DNA of 64,000 bases. Origin: Pseudomonadota bacterium. Its GTDB lineage: Bacteria > Pseudomonadota > Alphaproteobacteria > Sphingomonadales > Sphingomonadaceae. Numbering within the stretch: position 1 is the stretch's first letter; every line of letters begins with the position of its first letter. The translations under genes and the position numbers were made by a program. Under the pieces are notes generated by a model. The model saw only the letters and a program-made list of their open reading frames with translations, was not told the DNA's origin and searched no databases. The stretch is taken from NCBI GenBank assembly GCA_038042405.1, contig JBBTEI010000028.1:1017-65016 (forward strand), given 5' to 3'. Below are positions 38,567-47,841 of the stretch, one piece after another.

Positions 38567-38580
38567 GACACTACCTCTCG

Positions 38581-39486
38581 TCAGACGCCGATATCGGCCC
38601 TCGGGTTTCTGTTATCGGCCCAGCTTTGGACAAATTCATTGAGCGCGGCATCATCGGCGGGCAGATCAACCATCAGCGTCACCAATTGATCGCCGCGTTC
38701 GCCCGATTTCGCGGTGAAGCCTTTGCCTTTGAGCCGCAAAATCTTGCCCGATGTCGCGCCCTTGGGAATGCCGAGCATTACCGCGCCGTCAACCGTTGGC
38801 ACTTTGACCTTGCCGCCGAGCACGGCCTCGCCAAGCGTGATCGGCAAATCGAGCCGAACATTATCACCGTCGCGGGTGAAAAAGCGGTGGGTGCCAATCT
38901 CGATGGTGACAATCGCATCGCCATTGCCACCCGCGCCCGGCTGCCCTTTGCCCGCCAGCCGCACCTGCGCGCCGCTTTCAACGCCTGCCGGGATTTTCAG
39001 ATCAATCGTCTTGCCGTCCTGAAGCGTAATCCGCTGCGGCGTTGCAGCAGCGGCATCAACAAAGGGCACGGATAGCCGGTAATTGACATTTCCCCCGCGC
39101 GCAGGCGGCGCTGCACGACGGCCAAAACCGCCGCCGCCGAATAATCCTTCAAACATATCGCCCAAATCGCCGTCGACAGCGCCAGCAAATCCGCCACCGC
39201 CACCAGGGTTCCCGCGAAAACCGCCACCACCGCTGCTCCGCGCACCGGCAAAAGGGTTGGCCGGATTGCCATCGCCGTCAATCTCGCCGCGATCAAAACG
39301 GGCGCGCTTTCCCTTGTCGCCCAGCAAATCATATGCGGCCGTTACGCCAGCAAAACGCGCCGCCGCTTTCGGATTATTGGGGTTGGTATCGGGGTGAAGT
39401 TCTTTGGCGAGCTTGCGATACGCCTTCTTGATATCTGCGTCGCTTGCCCCGCGCGCTACGCCAAGCGTTGAATAAGGATCTGCCAT
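38581..39486 (-). CDS. DnaJ-class (type II, CbpA-like) chaperone
   Basis: J-domain with HPD, G/F-rich linker, C-terminal domain, no Zn finger. Confidence 0.9.
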   Translation of the reverse strand: MADPYSTLGVARGASDADIKKAYRKLAKELHPDTNPNNPKAAARFAGVTAAYDLLGDKGKRARFDRGEIDGDGNPANPFAGARSSGGGGFRGNPGGGGGFAGAVDGDLGDMFEGLFGGGGFGRRAAPPARGGNVNYRLSVPFVDAAAATPQRITLQDGKTIDLKIPAGVESGAQVRLAGKGQPGAGGNGDAIVTIEIGTHRFFTRDGDNVRLDLPITLGEAVLGGKVKVPTVDGAVMLGIPKGATSGKILRLKGKGFTAKSGERGDQLVTLMVDLPADDAALNEFVQSWADNRNPRADIGV

Positions 39487-39529
39487 CGTCTCTAGCTAGT
39501 GATTAGGAAGCCGAACGGCAACTGTCTCA

Positions 39530-39811
39530 TCATGCTTTGCTAATCCGCTGGTGATGGCGGATCACTTCCTCGATTATGAAACGCAGGAACTTCTCGGTGA
39601 AATCGGGGTCAAGATTGGCCGCTTTGGCAAGCCCGCGCAACCGTTCTACCTGCCGTTCTTCACGCCCCGGATCGGCAGGAGGAAGCCCTGCCTCAGCCTT
39701 GTAGCGCCCGACTGCCTGCGTCGTCTTGAACCGCTCGGCAAGCATGAAGACAAGTGCTGCATCAATGTTGTCAATCGTCTGACGATATTGGTTCAAACGG
39801 TCATCAGTCAT
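39530..39811 (-). CDS. Chorismate mutase (AroQ type)
   Basis: RQTIDNIDAALVFMLAERF..VGRYK..DPGRE. Confidence 0.9.
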   Translation of the reverse strand: MTDDRLNQYRQTIDNIDAALVFMLAERFKTTQAVGRYKAEAGLPPADPGREERQVERLRGLAKAANLDPDFTEKFLRFIIEEVIRHHQRISKA

Positions 39812-39924
39812 TTATGCCCTCCACTGCTTCCACCCTGCTATGCCCCAACATGTTGATGATGCAAGCCTTATGGCCGCAAATGCACTTGCGTTTAGAGGCG
39901 CTCACCGTCAATGCAGATGCTGAT

Positions 39925-40938
39925 ATGACCGCAACGCTCCACCGCATCGGCGCTGAAAAAGCGCCATCGCTTGATCCCGTCATGGCGCTGGTTGCTGCCG
40001 ATATGAATCAGGTCAACAGCGTGATTCTTGATCGGATGCAGTCCCAAATTCCGCTCATTCCCGAACTTGCCGGGCATTTGATTGCCGGTGGCGGCAAACG
40101 GATGCGGCCAATGCTGACTCTCGCTACGGCCAGGCTGCTCGATTATCCGGGTGCGCGGCAATATAAGCTCGCCGCGTCGGTCGAATTTATTCACACCGCA
40201 ACGCTGCTTCACGATGATGTCGTTGACGGTTCGGACATGCGGCGCGGCAAGCGTACCGCAAACCTCATTTGGGGCAATCCGGCCAGCGTACTCGTCGGCG
40301 ATTTCCTGTTCAGCCGCGCGTTTGAGTTGATGGTCGAGGATGGCAGCCTCAAGGTGCTCAAAATCCTCAGCCACGCAAGCGCCGTGATTGCCGAGGGCGA
40401 AGTCAATCAGCTTACAGCCCAACGCCAGATTACCACCGGCGAGGATAAATATCTCGCGATTATCGGTGCTAAGACTGCTGCGCTTTTCGCCGCTGCATGC
40501 AAGATATCAGCCATCGTTGCCGAGCGCGATCAGGGCGTTGAAGATGCGCTTGATAGTTACGGACGTAACCTTGGAATCGCATTCCAGCTTGTCGATGATG
40601 CTATCGATTATGCGTCAGACACCGAAACGATGGGCAAAGGCGTCGGCGATGATTTTCGCGATGGCAAAGTCACCCTTCCGGTGATCCTCGCCCATGCGCG
40701 CGGCTCGGATGCGGACAAGACATTCTGGCGTGAAGCCATGGAGGGGCGCCGCATATCGGATGAAGACCTCGCCCATGCCACCCGCCTGCTTCGTGATAGT
40801 CAGGCGATCGACGATACGATGATGCGCGCGCGCCATTACGGGCAACGTGCGATTGATGCGCTCGGGCCCTTTGCGGGCAGCGCGGCCAAGGCGGCGCTCG
40901 TGGAAACGGTGGAGTTTGCTATCGCGCGGGCCTATTAA
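39925..40938 (+). CDS. ispB: Long-chain polyprenyl diphosphate synthase
   Basis: GGKRMRP, HTATLLHDDVVD, KTA, FQLVDDAID. Confidence 0.85.
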   Translation: MTATLHRIGAEKAPSLDPVMALVAADMNQVNSVILDRMQSQIPLIPELAGHLIAGGGKRMRPMLTLATARLLDYPGARQYKLAASVEFIHTATLLHDDVVDGSDMRRGKRTANLIWGNPASVLVGDFLFSRAFELMVEDGSLKVLKILSHASAVIAEGEVNQLTAQRQITTGEDKYLAIIGAKTAALFAAACKISAIVAERDQGVEDALDSYGRNLGIAFQLVDDAIDYASDTETMGKGVGDDFRDGKVTLPVILAHARGSDADKTFWREAMEGRRISDEDLAHATRLLRDSQAIDDTMMRARHYGQRAIDALGPFAGSAAKAALVETVEFAIARAY

Positions 40939-43380
40939 TTGATACCGCTGCCAATCAACGCCGTTCTGCCCGAACTACTTACAGAGCTTCGCACCAATCC
41001 TAATGCTGTCCTGATTGCCCCACCTGGTGCGGGTAAAACGACCGCTGTCGCCCCGGCGCTTTTGACTGAGCCCTGGATCGCAGGGGGGCAAATTCTGCTT
41101 CTCTCGCCCCGCCGCCTTGCCGCGCGCGCTGCGGCTGAACGCATGGCCGCGCTTGCAGGGGAACCTGTTGGCAAATCAATCGGTTATGCCACACGGATGG
41201 ACTCCAAGCAGTCCGCCGCAACGCGCATTCTCGTCCTGACCGAAGGGATATTCCGCAACCGCATACAGGCCGATCCCGAACTCCCCGGCATCGCAGCAGT
41301 TCTCTTTGACGAAGTGCATGAGCGCAACCTCGATAGTGATTTCGGCCTCGCACTCGCGCTTGATGCGCAGGCCGCACTTCGCCCCGAACTGCGGTTGATT
41401 GCGATGTCGGCAACGCTAGACGGCGCGCGTTTTGCTGAAATGATGGAAGCCAATGTGGTTGAGAGCGAGGGGCGCTCATATCCGCTGACGCTGTATCATA
41501 TCGGCAGACGCGTCGAGGCCCGGATAGAGGATGAAATGGCAGCGGCAATCCTGCGCGCACTCGGTGAAGAAGAAGGCGGGTGTCTCGCCTTTCTCCCCGG
41601 CGTTGCCGAGATTGAACGCACTGCCGAGCGGCTGACAGGGCTTCCTCCCGGCATATGCCTCCACCGCCTCCACGGGGCGCTTGACCCGGCTGAACAACGC
41701 GCGGCGATTGCCCCGGCACCGGCCGGCAAACGCAAGCTGATCTTGGCCACGAGCATCGCCGAAACCAGCCTGACGCTCGACGGCGTGCGGATCGTGATCG
41801 ATTCCGGTCTGGCAAGACGCCCCCGCTATGATCGTGCAGCGGGGATGACCCGGCTCGTCACTGAACGCGCGAGCCAAGCCGCCGTGACGCAGCGGAGCGG
41901 CCGCGCCGCGCGTCAATCCCCCGGCGTTGCCTACCGTCTGTGGGAAGGGGCCGCGACTGCCGGAATGCCGCGCTTTGACCCGCCCGAGATATTGGAGGCC
42001 GATCTCTCCGCACTCACGCTTGATTGTGCGCTTTGGGGGGTGAGTGACCCGCGCGATCTCAAATGGATTGATCCACCACCCGAAGCCGCGATTGCCGAAG
42101 CCCGTACCCGCCTTACCCGCCTTGGCGCGCTCGGGAGTGACGGACGGCCAACACCGCACGGTAAGGCTATTGCTGGGCTGCCGCTGCCGCCGCGCCTTGC
42201 GCATATGATTATTGCAAGTGCTGAACGCGGGATTGGTGAAGTGGCCGCCAAGGCCGCCGTGCTGCTGTCCGAGCGGGGGCTTGGCGGAAATGACGTTGAT
42301 CTCGAAGCGCGGCTTGAGCGATGGCAGCGCGAACGCGGGCGGCGTGCAGAGGCCGCACGCGGGTTGGCGCGGCGGTGGGCAGCGCTTTCTCCCTCGCCCT
42401 ATTTACGGGGAGAGGGGGCGTTTAAACTCCCAACCGCCATCGCGCTGGCTTTCCCGGATCGCCTTGCACGGCGGCGCGGCACGAGCGGGGAACATTGGGC
42501 CAGCGTTGGCGGGCGTGGCTTCAGGCTTGATCCTGCTTCCCCGCTTGCCAAATCTGAATGGCTTGCGGTTGCCGAGACCCAAGGTGCCGCTTCAGGTGCA
42601 CGGATCATCTCTGCCGCAGCGATAGACTGGGTTGAGATTGAAGCGCTTTATCGTGACCGGATCGAAGCAAGCCGGACACTGACTTTCGATCCAGCCAGCG
42701 GCACCGTAGAGGCTAGGGTCGAGCGGCGGATCGGCGCGATAACATTGGCATCGGGTCATGATGCCAACGCAGATCCAAAAGCCATATCGGATGCGCTGGT
42801 TGAGGGGGTGCGTTGCCACGGCCTTGGCTGTATCAACTGGGGTAATGCAGTGCACGCGCTCCGCACCCGAGTCAGCTATGCCGGGCAAGACGCACTCAAC
42901 GATTCAGCCCTTATTGACAGCCTTGAACTGTGGCTGCCTGGACTTGTGGCGGGTAAGCGTAAATTGTCTGACATCGCGTCGGATGCCTTATATCAAGCGC
43001 TTGAAAACCTGCTTGGCTGGGAAAGCAAGCGCGCGGTTGACGCGCTTGCGCCTGCCGGATTTCAATCGCCTGCAGGAACGAACCATGCAATTGATTATGG
43101 TGCCGAAGGTGGCCCGCAGGTGACGCTCCGGGTGCAGGCGCTCTTCGGATTGGCGACACATCCGACAATCGGACGCAATCATGTGCCGCTTGTCCTAAGC
43201 CTGACCTCACCCGCCGGACGGGCAATTCAAACGACCCGTGACCTGCCGGGTTTCTGGGCGGGGAGCTGGGCCGATGTCGCAAAGGATATGCGCGGCGAAT
43301 ATCCCAAACATAATTGGCCCGATGATCCGACACAGGCGATTGCCTCGCTTAAAACCAAAAAGGCGCAAAGCCGCTCTTGA
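40939..43380 (+). CDS. hrpB: ATP-dependent helicase HrpB
   Basis: APPGAGKTT, DEVHER, MSAT, ATSIAETSLT, QRSGRAAR, TTRDLPGFW. Confidence 0.95.
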   Translation: MIPLPINAVLPELLTELRTNPNAVLIAPPGAGKTTAVAPALLTEPWIAGGQILLLSPRRLAARAAAERMAALAGEPVGKSIGYATRMDSKQSAATRILVLTEGIFRNRIQADPELPGIAAVLFDEVHERNLDSDFGLALALDAQAALRPELRLIAMSATLDGARFAEMMEANVVESEGRSYPLTLYHIGRRVEARIEDEMAAAILRALGEEEGGCLAFLPGVAEIERTAERLTGLPPGICLHRLHGALDPAEQRAAIAPAPAGKRKLILATSIAETSLTLDGVRIVIDSGLARRPRYDRAAGMTRLVTERASQAAVTQRSGRAARQSPGVAYRLWEGAATAGMPRFDPPEILEADLSALTLDCALWGVSDPRDLKWIDPPPEAAIAEARTRLTRLGALGSDGRPTPHGKAIAGLPLPPRLAHMIIASAERGIGEVAAKAAVLLSERGLGGNDVDLEARLERWQRERGRRAEAARGLARRWAALSPSPYLRGEGAFKLPTAIALAFPDRLARRRGTSGEHWASVGGRGFRLDPASPLAKSEWLAVAETQGAASGARIISAAAIDWVEIEALYRDRIEASRTLTFDPASGTVEARVERRIGAITLASGHDANADPKAISDALVEGVRCHGLGCINWGNAVHALRTRVSYAGQDALNDSALIDSLELWLPGLVAGKRKLSDIASDALYQALENLLGWESKRAVDALAPAGFQSPAGTNHAIDYGAEGGPQVTLRVQALFGLATHPTIGRNHVPLVLSLTSPAGRAIQTTRDLPGFWAGSWADVAKDMRGEYPKHNWPDDPTQAIASLKTKKAQSRS

Positions 43381-43411
43381 TCATCCGCGCGGTTTGGGAG
43401 AAAGGAATAGC

Positions 43412-43693
43412 ATGAGCAGCGCACGCATTTATCAAAAGCCTAAAAACGCAATGCAATCGGGCCGGGCCGGCACTGATGCTTGGGTGTTGGAATTTGTGCC
43501 CGCAGAAGCGCAGCGCCCTGATCCCCTGATGGGTTGGGCAGGATCATCGGACACGCAGCGGCAGGTGCGGCTGAGATTTGGCAGTGCGGATGCGGCCAAA
43601 GCTTATGCAGATAAAAACGGCATTGCGGCAAAGCTTGAAGCCACGCCCGCCCGCGTGCTTAAGCTTCAGTCTTATTCGGATAATTTTCGCTAA
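43412..43693 (+). CDS. ETC complex I subunit-like protein (NDUFS4 family)
   Basis: ARIYQKPKNAMQSG, DPLMGW..S.DT..QVRL, SYSDNF. Confidence 0.85.
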   Translation: MSSARIYQKPKNAMQSGRAGTDAWVLEFVPAEAQRPDPLMGWAGSSDTQRQVRLRFGSADAAKAYADKNGIAAKLEATPARVLKLQSYSDNFR

Positions 43694-44201
43694 GTAGCTG
43701 TGGCCCGAGTAGCGTCAGCAGCTTCACGTCGATCCCGCAGCCTTCACGGCGTTTTGCATCAATAAAAGTCACTAGTTGAGCAAGCGCAACGCGATGGACA
43801 GTGATATTCTCGCCCTCAACGCCGCCGCCATCGCTGACTTTGGTTAGGCCAAGCGCTTTGACAAGCGTGAAGCTTTCGCTGACCATACCCGGCGATGAAT
43901 AAAATTCGCCGATGATGGCAATCCTATCGGCATGGTATCCGGTTTCTTCTTCAAGTTCACGCGCGGCGGCGGTTTCAACCGCTTCCCCCGCTTCATCATC
44001 ACCGATTAAACCCGCAGGCAACTCGATGCAGGCGCGATCAAGCGGCACACGGTATTGCTCGACCAAAATGACGTGGCCATCCTCAATCGCGAGAATCACC
44101 GCAGCGTTGATGCCCCGCGCGCGGCCAACATATTCCCACTTCCCATTGCGTTTGGCGGTGATGAATTTGCCCTGCCAGACGATTTCTTCAACATCTGCCA
44201 T
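43659..44201 (-). CDS. NUDIX hydrolase (ADP-ribose pyrophosphatase-like)
   Basis: LVEQYRVP, ELPAGL, AARELEEETG, SSPG. Confidence 0.9.
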   Translation of the reverse strand: MADVEEIVWQGKFITAKRNGKWEYVGRARGINAAVILAIEDGHVILVEQYRVPLDRACIELPAGLIGDDEAGEAVETAAARELEEETGYHADRIAIIGEFYSSPGMVSESFTLVKALGLTKVSDGGGVEGENITVHRVALAQLVTFIDAKRREGCGIDVKLLTLLGPQLLSENYPNKTEA

Positions 44202-44884
44202 TACAACTCAATCAGTCGGTCAGGCAGTTCATTGACATCATCGTCGGCGCGCGGAAAATGTTGAGCGAGGATGATGCCAACATCGCGTACAGCAGCGATC
44301 ATCCCGTCGGCGAGTTTGCCCTGCCGTACCTCGGCAATCAGATCGGCCATCGCATCCCCCCAAACGCCCGGCGCAACTGTGCTGTGGATGGCTTCATCCG
44401 CGATGATTTCGGCGACATGTTCGGCAAGCGAAATGTAAATGAGAATGCCCGTCCGGCCAGAGGTGCGTGCCTCGGCGCCCACCTTGAAATAGCTTACGGC
44501 GCACGCACGCACCCGCTGTGCCCGGATGATGCGCGGGGTCAGCGCGAAACGGAGTGGGCGGTAATTAAGACCGAGTCGGACAATCGCAAAGATGGTAACG
44601 AGCAGCGCAAGCGCCAGTTCAAGTGCGACTGCAACCGTAAGCTCCGCGCCCCAGCCGTTGTTCATCAGGGCAAGGAGATTGGCGTAGAAACCCGGAAACG
44701 CAGCAAGCGTTGCCACCGCAACCATCGCCGTGCCAATCGCCCACCACAGCGCCACATCATTATAGCTATCCGAAGCATCGGCGGTGATCGTGACAATCTC
44801 GCCGGCCGTACCCTGCTCCGCTGCATGAACGGCCGCACTCACGCGGGCGTGATCATCAAGCGAGAGCGAAAGTTTGTGTGCCAT
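44201..44884 (-). CDS. TPM-domain membrane protein
   Basis: AEQGTAGEIV, TSGRTGILIYISLAEH, NELPD; translationally coupled to the upstream TPM gene. Confidence 0.85.
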   Translation of the reverse strand: MAHKLSLSLDDHARVSAAVHAAEQGTAGEIVTITADASDSYNDVALWWAIGTAMVAVATLAAFPGFYANLLALMNNGWGAELTVAVALELALALLVTIFAIVRLGLNYRPLRFALTPRIIRAQRVRACAVSYFKVGAEARTSGRTGILIYISLAEHVAEIIADEAIHSTVAPGVWGDAMADLIAEVRQGKLADGMIAAVRDVGIILAQHFPRADDDVNELPDRLIEL

Positions 44885-45768
44885 CACCATCCCCCTGACG
44901 CACCGCCGCCGCCAAAGCTACCGCCGCCGCCCGAAAAACCACCGCCTCCGCCGAAGCCTCCGCCCCAGCCACCACCACCACCCCAATCATCGTCGTTGCC
45001 CCCGCCCCAGATGATAATCGGGCCGCTACCGTGCCGCCGCCCGCGCTTGCCGCCAAATATGGAACGCAGCATCGGCAGGATGAAAAAGAAGAAGATGACG
45101 AGCCAGACGATAACGTCACCAAGGCTGACGCCGCTGCTTTTGCGTGAGGATGATTTTTTGGCCGCCTGCGCCGCGCGTTTGGCGGCCTCTTCGGGTGGCA
45201 GTTGAAGCTGCGCTATCAATGCATCAGTGCCCGCATTGATAGCAGCGGGAACCTCATTCCCGCGTAAAAGAGGCATCATGATGCTATTGATCATTACACT
45301 CGACCAGGCATCGGTGAGAATCGGTTCAAGACCATATCCGACCTCAACCCTTGGCCCCCTCGATCCTGGAGTCTCATTTGGTGCCAGAATCAGAATCGCG
45401 CCGTTGTCGCCCTCCTTCTGGCCAATCCCCCATGCCCGGCCAAGCCGGTAGCCATAATCATCAATCGGATAGCCTTCGAGGCTTGGGATGGTCGCCACCA
45501 CCAACTGTCGGTCGGTTGTATCCTCAAGCGCTTTGAGCTTGGCATCAAGAGCGGCTTCATCTGCGTCAGGGATGATGTTGGCGGCATCAACCACGCGGCC
45601 TGTGAGCGTTGGGAAGGTCTGCGCACTCGCAGGGACAACGCAAATCCAGACGAGCAAAATGGTCAGAAACCATCCGAAAACGTCATTCCCGCGTAGGCGG
45701 GAATCCATAACCTCAGGATCTCGGAGTTTATGTATTCCCGTCTTCACGGGAATGACGAGCGCGTTCAA
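44884..45768 (-). CDS. TPM-domain (YgcG-like) protein with an in-frame palindromic insert in its N-terminal signal region
   Basis: TGRVVDAAN, WGIGQKEGDNG, VEVGYGLE, Gly-rich tail GGGSFGGGGASGGW; TTG start. Confidence 0.9.
   Translation of the reverse strand: MNALVIPVKTGIHKLRDPEVMDSRLRGNDVFGWFLTILLVWICVVPASAQTFPTLTGRVVDAANIIPDADEAALDAKLKALEDTTDRQLVVATIPSLEGYPIDDYGYRLGRAWGIGQKEGDNGAILILAPNETPGSRGPRVEVGYGLEPILTDAWSSVMINSIMMPLLRGNEVPAAINAGTDALIAQLQLPPEEAAKRAAQAAKKSSSRKSSGVSLGDVIVWLVIFFFFILPMLRSIFGGKRGRRHGSGPIIIWGGGNDDDWGGGGGWGGGFGGGGGFSGGGGSFGGGGASGGW
45682..45756. repeat. CGTC-type palindromic repeat (75 bp) in frame in the TPM gene
   Basis: GTCATTCCCGCGTAGGCGGGAATCCATAA versus the reverse complement of the far arm, GTCATTCCCGTGAAGACGGGAATACATAA. 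Confidence 0.9.
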
Positions 45769-45783
45769 GGGCTCGGCCTTCCC

Positions 45784-46371
45784 TTAGAATTTCACCGTGG
45801 GTGCGCGGTCAGCATTGGGCGCGGTCGCCTTGAAGGTTTCCATTGGCTTGGCGCCGTAGAAAATCTTCGCACCAATCGCATCGGGGAAAGTGCGGATCGT
45901 GGTGTTATACGCCTGCACCGCTTCGTTATAATCCTTGGTCGAGACATTGATGCGGTTTTCGGTGCCCTCAAGCTGCGATTGCAGCGCAAGGAAATTGGCG
46001 TTTGACTTAAGGTCAGGATAGGCTTCGACCGTGGCAAGCAGACGGTCAAGCGAACCGCTTAACTGACCTTGTGCCGTCTGAAACGCTGCCATTTTGGCAG
46101 GGTCACCCAGATCACCTGCATTTAGCTGAACCGAGGTCGCCTTGGCGCGCGCTTCCACAACGGCGGTCAGCGTGCCCTGTTCCTGCTTGGCAAAGCCTTT
46201 AACGGTTTCAACCAGATTCGGGATAAGGTCGGCCCGCCGCTGATAATCCGCCTGAACATTGGCCCATTTTGCCTTGGCATTTTCTTCGGCTGTCGGAACG
46301 CTGTTGACGCCGCACGCTGAAAGCGAAAGCGCAGCGGCAAGCATGATGGCGGGGCGATACAGTCGTTTCAT
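45784..46371 (-). CDS. lemA: LemA family protein
   Basis: Lipobox [35 protein letters not shown]. Confidence 0.95.
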   Translation of the reverse strand: MKRLYRPAIMLAAALSLSACGVNSVPTAEENAKAKWANVQADYQRRADLIPNLVETVKGFAKQEQGTLTAVVEARAKATSVQLNAGDLGDPAKMAAFQTAQGQLSGSLDRLLATVEAYPDLKSNANFLALQSQLEGTENRINVSTKDYNEAVQAYNTTIRTFPDAIGAKIFYGAKPMETFKATAPNADRAPTVKF

Positions 46372-46503
46372 CGGTTCATCTCTCCAGATGGGTGGCATTG
46401 TGGCTTACAGATAGGGACGCTCACCCCTCTGCGCAATATCCTTGCATTGTCCGATAATTTTGTCAGTAATCGTTTGTCCTACAAAAAAAGAGGGAGATTT
46501 AGG

Positions 46504-46917
46504 ATGGGTATGATTAGTGAATTCAAGGATTTTGTCGCGGGCGGGAATGTGCTCGATCTAGCCGTTGGTGTCATCATCGGCACAGCATTTGGTAAAATCG
46601 TTACGTCGTTGACCGACAATGTCATTATGCCAATCGTTGGGGCTGTTTTTGGCGGTGTTGATTTTTCGCAGTTTTTTCTGCCGCTTGGTACCGTGCCGGA
46701 AGGAGCTGTGGGGTTGGCAGCGGTCAAGGCAGCGGGTGTCCCGGTCCTTGCCTATGGTAGCTTTATCACGGAAATCATCAACTTCCTGATCTTTGCATTC
46801 GTCATTTTCATGATTGTGCGTTCAGCCAACAAGATGCGCAAACCTGCTGAGGCCGCACCGGCTGGCCCAAGCGAAGTCGATCTGTTGACCGAAATTCGCG
46901 ATTCATTGAAAAAATAG
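46504..46917 (+). CDS. mscL: Large-conductance mechanosensitive channel
   Basis: [30 protein letters not shown]. Confidence 0.95.
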   Translation: MGMISEFKDFVAGGNVLDLAVGVIIGTAFGKIVTSLTDNVIMPIVGAVFGGVDFSQFFLPLGTVPEGAVGLAAVKAAGVPVLAYGSFITEIINFLIFAFVIFMIVRSANKMRKPAEAAPAGPSEVDLLTEIRDSLKK

Positions 46918-46926
46918 ACCTGAGTT

Positions 46927-47358
46927 TTACGCCGCCGCGCGGGATTCCTCCGTCGCGGCGGCAAGGCTTGTGCCATCAAGAATACGCGCGGTATCATCGC
47001 GCACGATCATCATCGCCCGGCGGATTGCGCAGCTTTCCTCATCGCGGCAATCTTTGCACCGTTTGTAAGCGGTACGGCTGACGCACGGAACAAGCGCGAG
47101 TGGCCCCTCGATGACACGGATAATATCGCCAAGCGAGATCATATGCGCTGGTCGGGCGAGTTTGAACCCGCCGTGCTTCCCGCGTGTGCTCACCACGAGA
47201 TTTGCATTCTTCAGCTCGGCAAGAATGATTTCCAGAAATTTGCGCGGGATTTGGGCCTCCCTTGCGATGCGGCTCATCGGAACTGGCGGGTTGCCAGCGG
47301 GATCACTCGCAATCAAAAGCATGGCGCGAAGGCCGTAACGCGAACGCTGTGTCAACAT
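46927..47358 (-). CDS. Rrf2 family transcriptional regulator (four-Cys type)
   Basis: RYGLRAM, IPRKFLEIIL, STRGKHGGFKLAR, C-X8-C-X2-C-X5-C. Confidence 0.9.
   Translation of the reverse strand: MLTQRSRYGLRAMLLIASDPAGNPPVPMSRIAREAQIPRKFLEIILAELKNANLVVSTRGKHGGFKLARPAHMISLGDIIRVIEGPLALVPCVSRTAYKRCKDCRDEESCAIRRAMMIVRDDTARILDGTSLAAATEESRAAA
46931..46962. terminator. Hairpin after mscL, embedded in the last codons of the convergent Rrf2 gene
   Basis: GCCGCCGCG / CGCGGCGGC 9-bp stem. Confidence 0.55.
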
Positions 47359-47409
47359 GCGCATTCCCCTAGTCGCCGATAGAGATTTGGACAACCCCTA
47401 GGGGTATTC

Positions 47410-47438
47410 CTTGTTCATTAAGGAACATGGGCCTATAT
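47410..47438 (+). promoter_or_regulatory. Sigma70-type promoter of ssrA
   Basis: CTTGTT-N17-CTATAT, matching the alphaproteobacterial CTTGAC-N17-CTATAT pattern. Confidence 0.65.
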
Positions 47439-47444
47439 AAGCGT

Positions 47445-47790
47445 TGCCGGATTCGTTCGGCTATGGCGATAAATGATGCCGTGCAATAGATGCAGCGGAC
47501 CCGGGGGCGGTACCCGGCGGCTCCACCAAAACATGCGGAAACGCAGGTTTTGACGGGGCCGAACTAGGATCGACGTGTGTTGAAAAGCGGTATTTTTGCC
47601 CGGCACGATTAAGCCGTAAAATGGATCAAACTCATAAGTGCAAACGATAACGAAGCACTTGCTCTCGCAGCATAACCCATGGGGCTCCGGTCCCTAGGCT
47701 ATTCTAACAGAACACGGTCGGGCTGAACCGGGTAACAGAATCAGACTCCAGCGGCCGCCTCCGGAGCCGGGCAACAGAATCCGGGGGATT
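47445..47790 (+). ncRNA. ssrA: Circularly permuted two-piece tmRNA (5' and 3' ends approximate)
   Basis: Acceptor piece ends CTCCACCA at 47528; intervening hairpin 47529-47554; GGGGCCGAA at 47555; tag ORF 47640-47675 ANDNEALALAA*. Confidence 0.95.
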
Positions 47791-47841
47791 TTTTTGATTG
47801 GGGCATTGAGGCTACATAATCACTTGGGCCGCCTACGCTCC

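Noticed and set aside
44890-45010. GGC/CCA-rich repetitive DNA
   Set aside because: It simply encodes the standard Gly-rich tail of YgcG/TPM proteins.
47445-47700. Permuted two-piece tmRNA as a novelty
   Set aside because: Circular permutation is the established norm in Alphaproteobacteria, so it is listed as a feature only.
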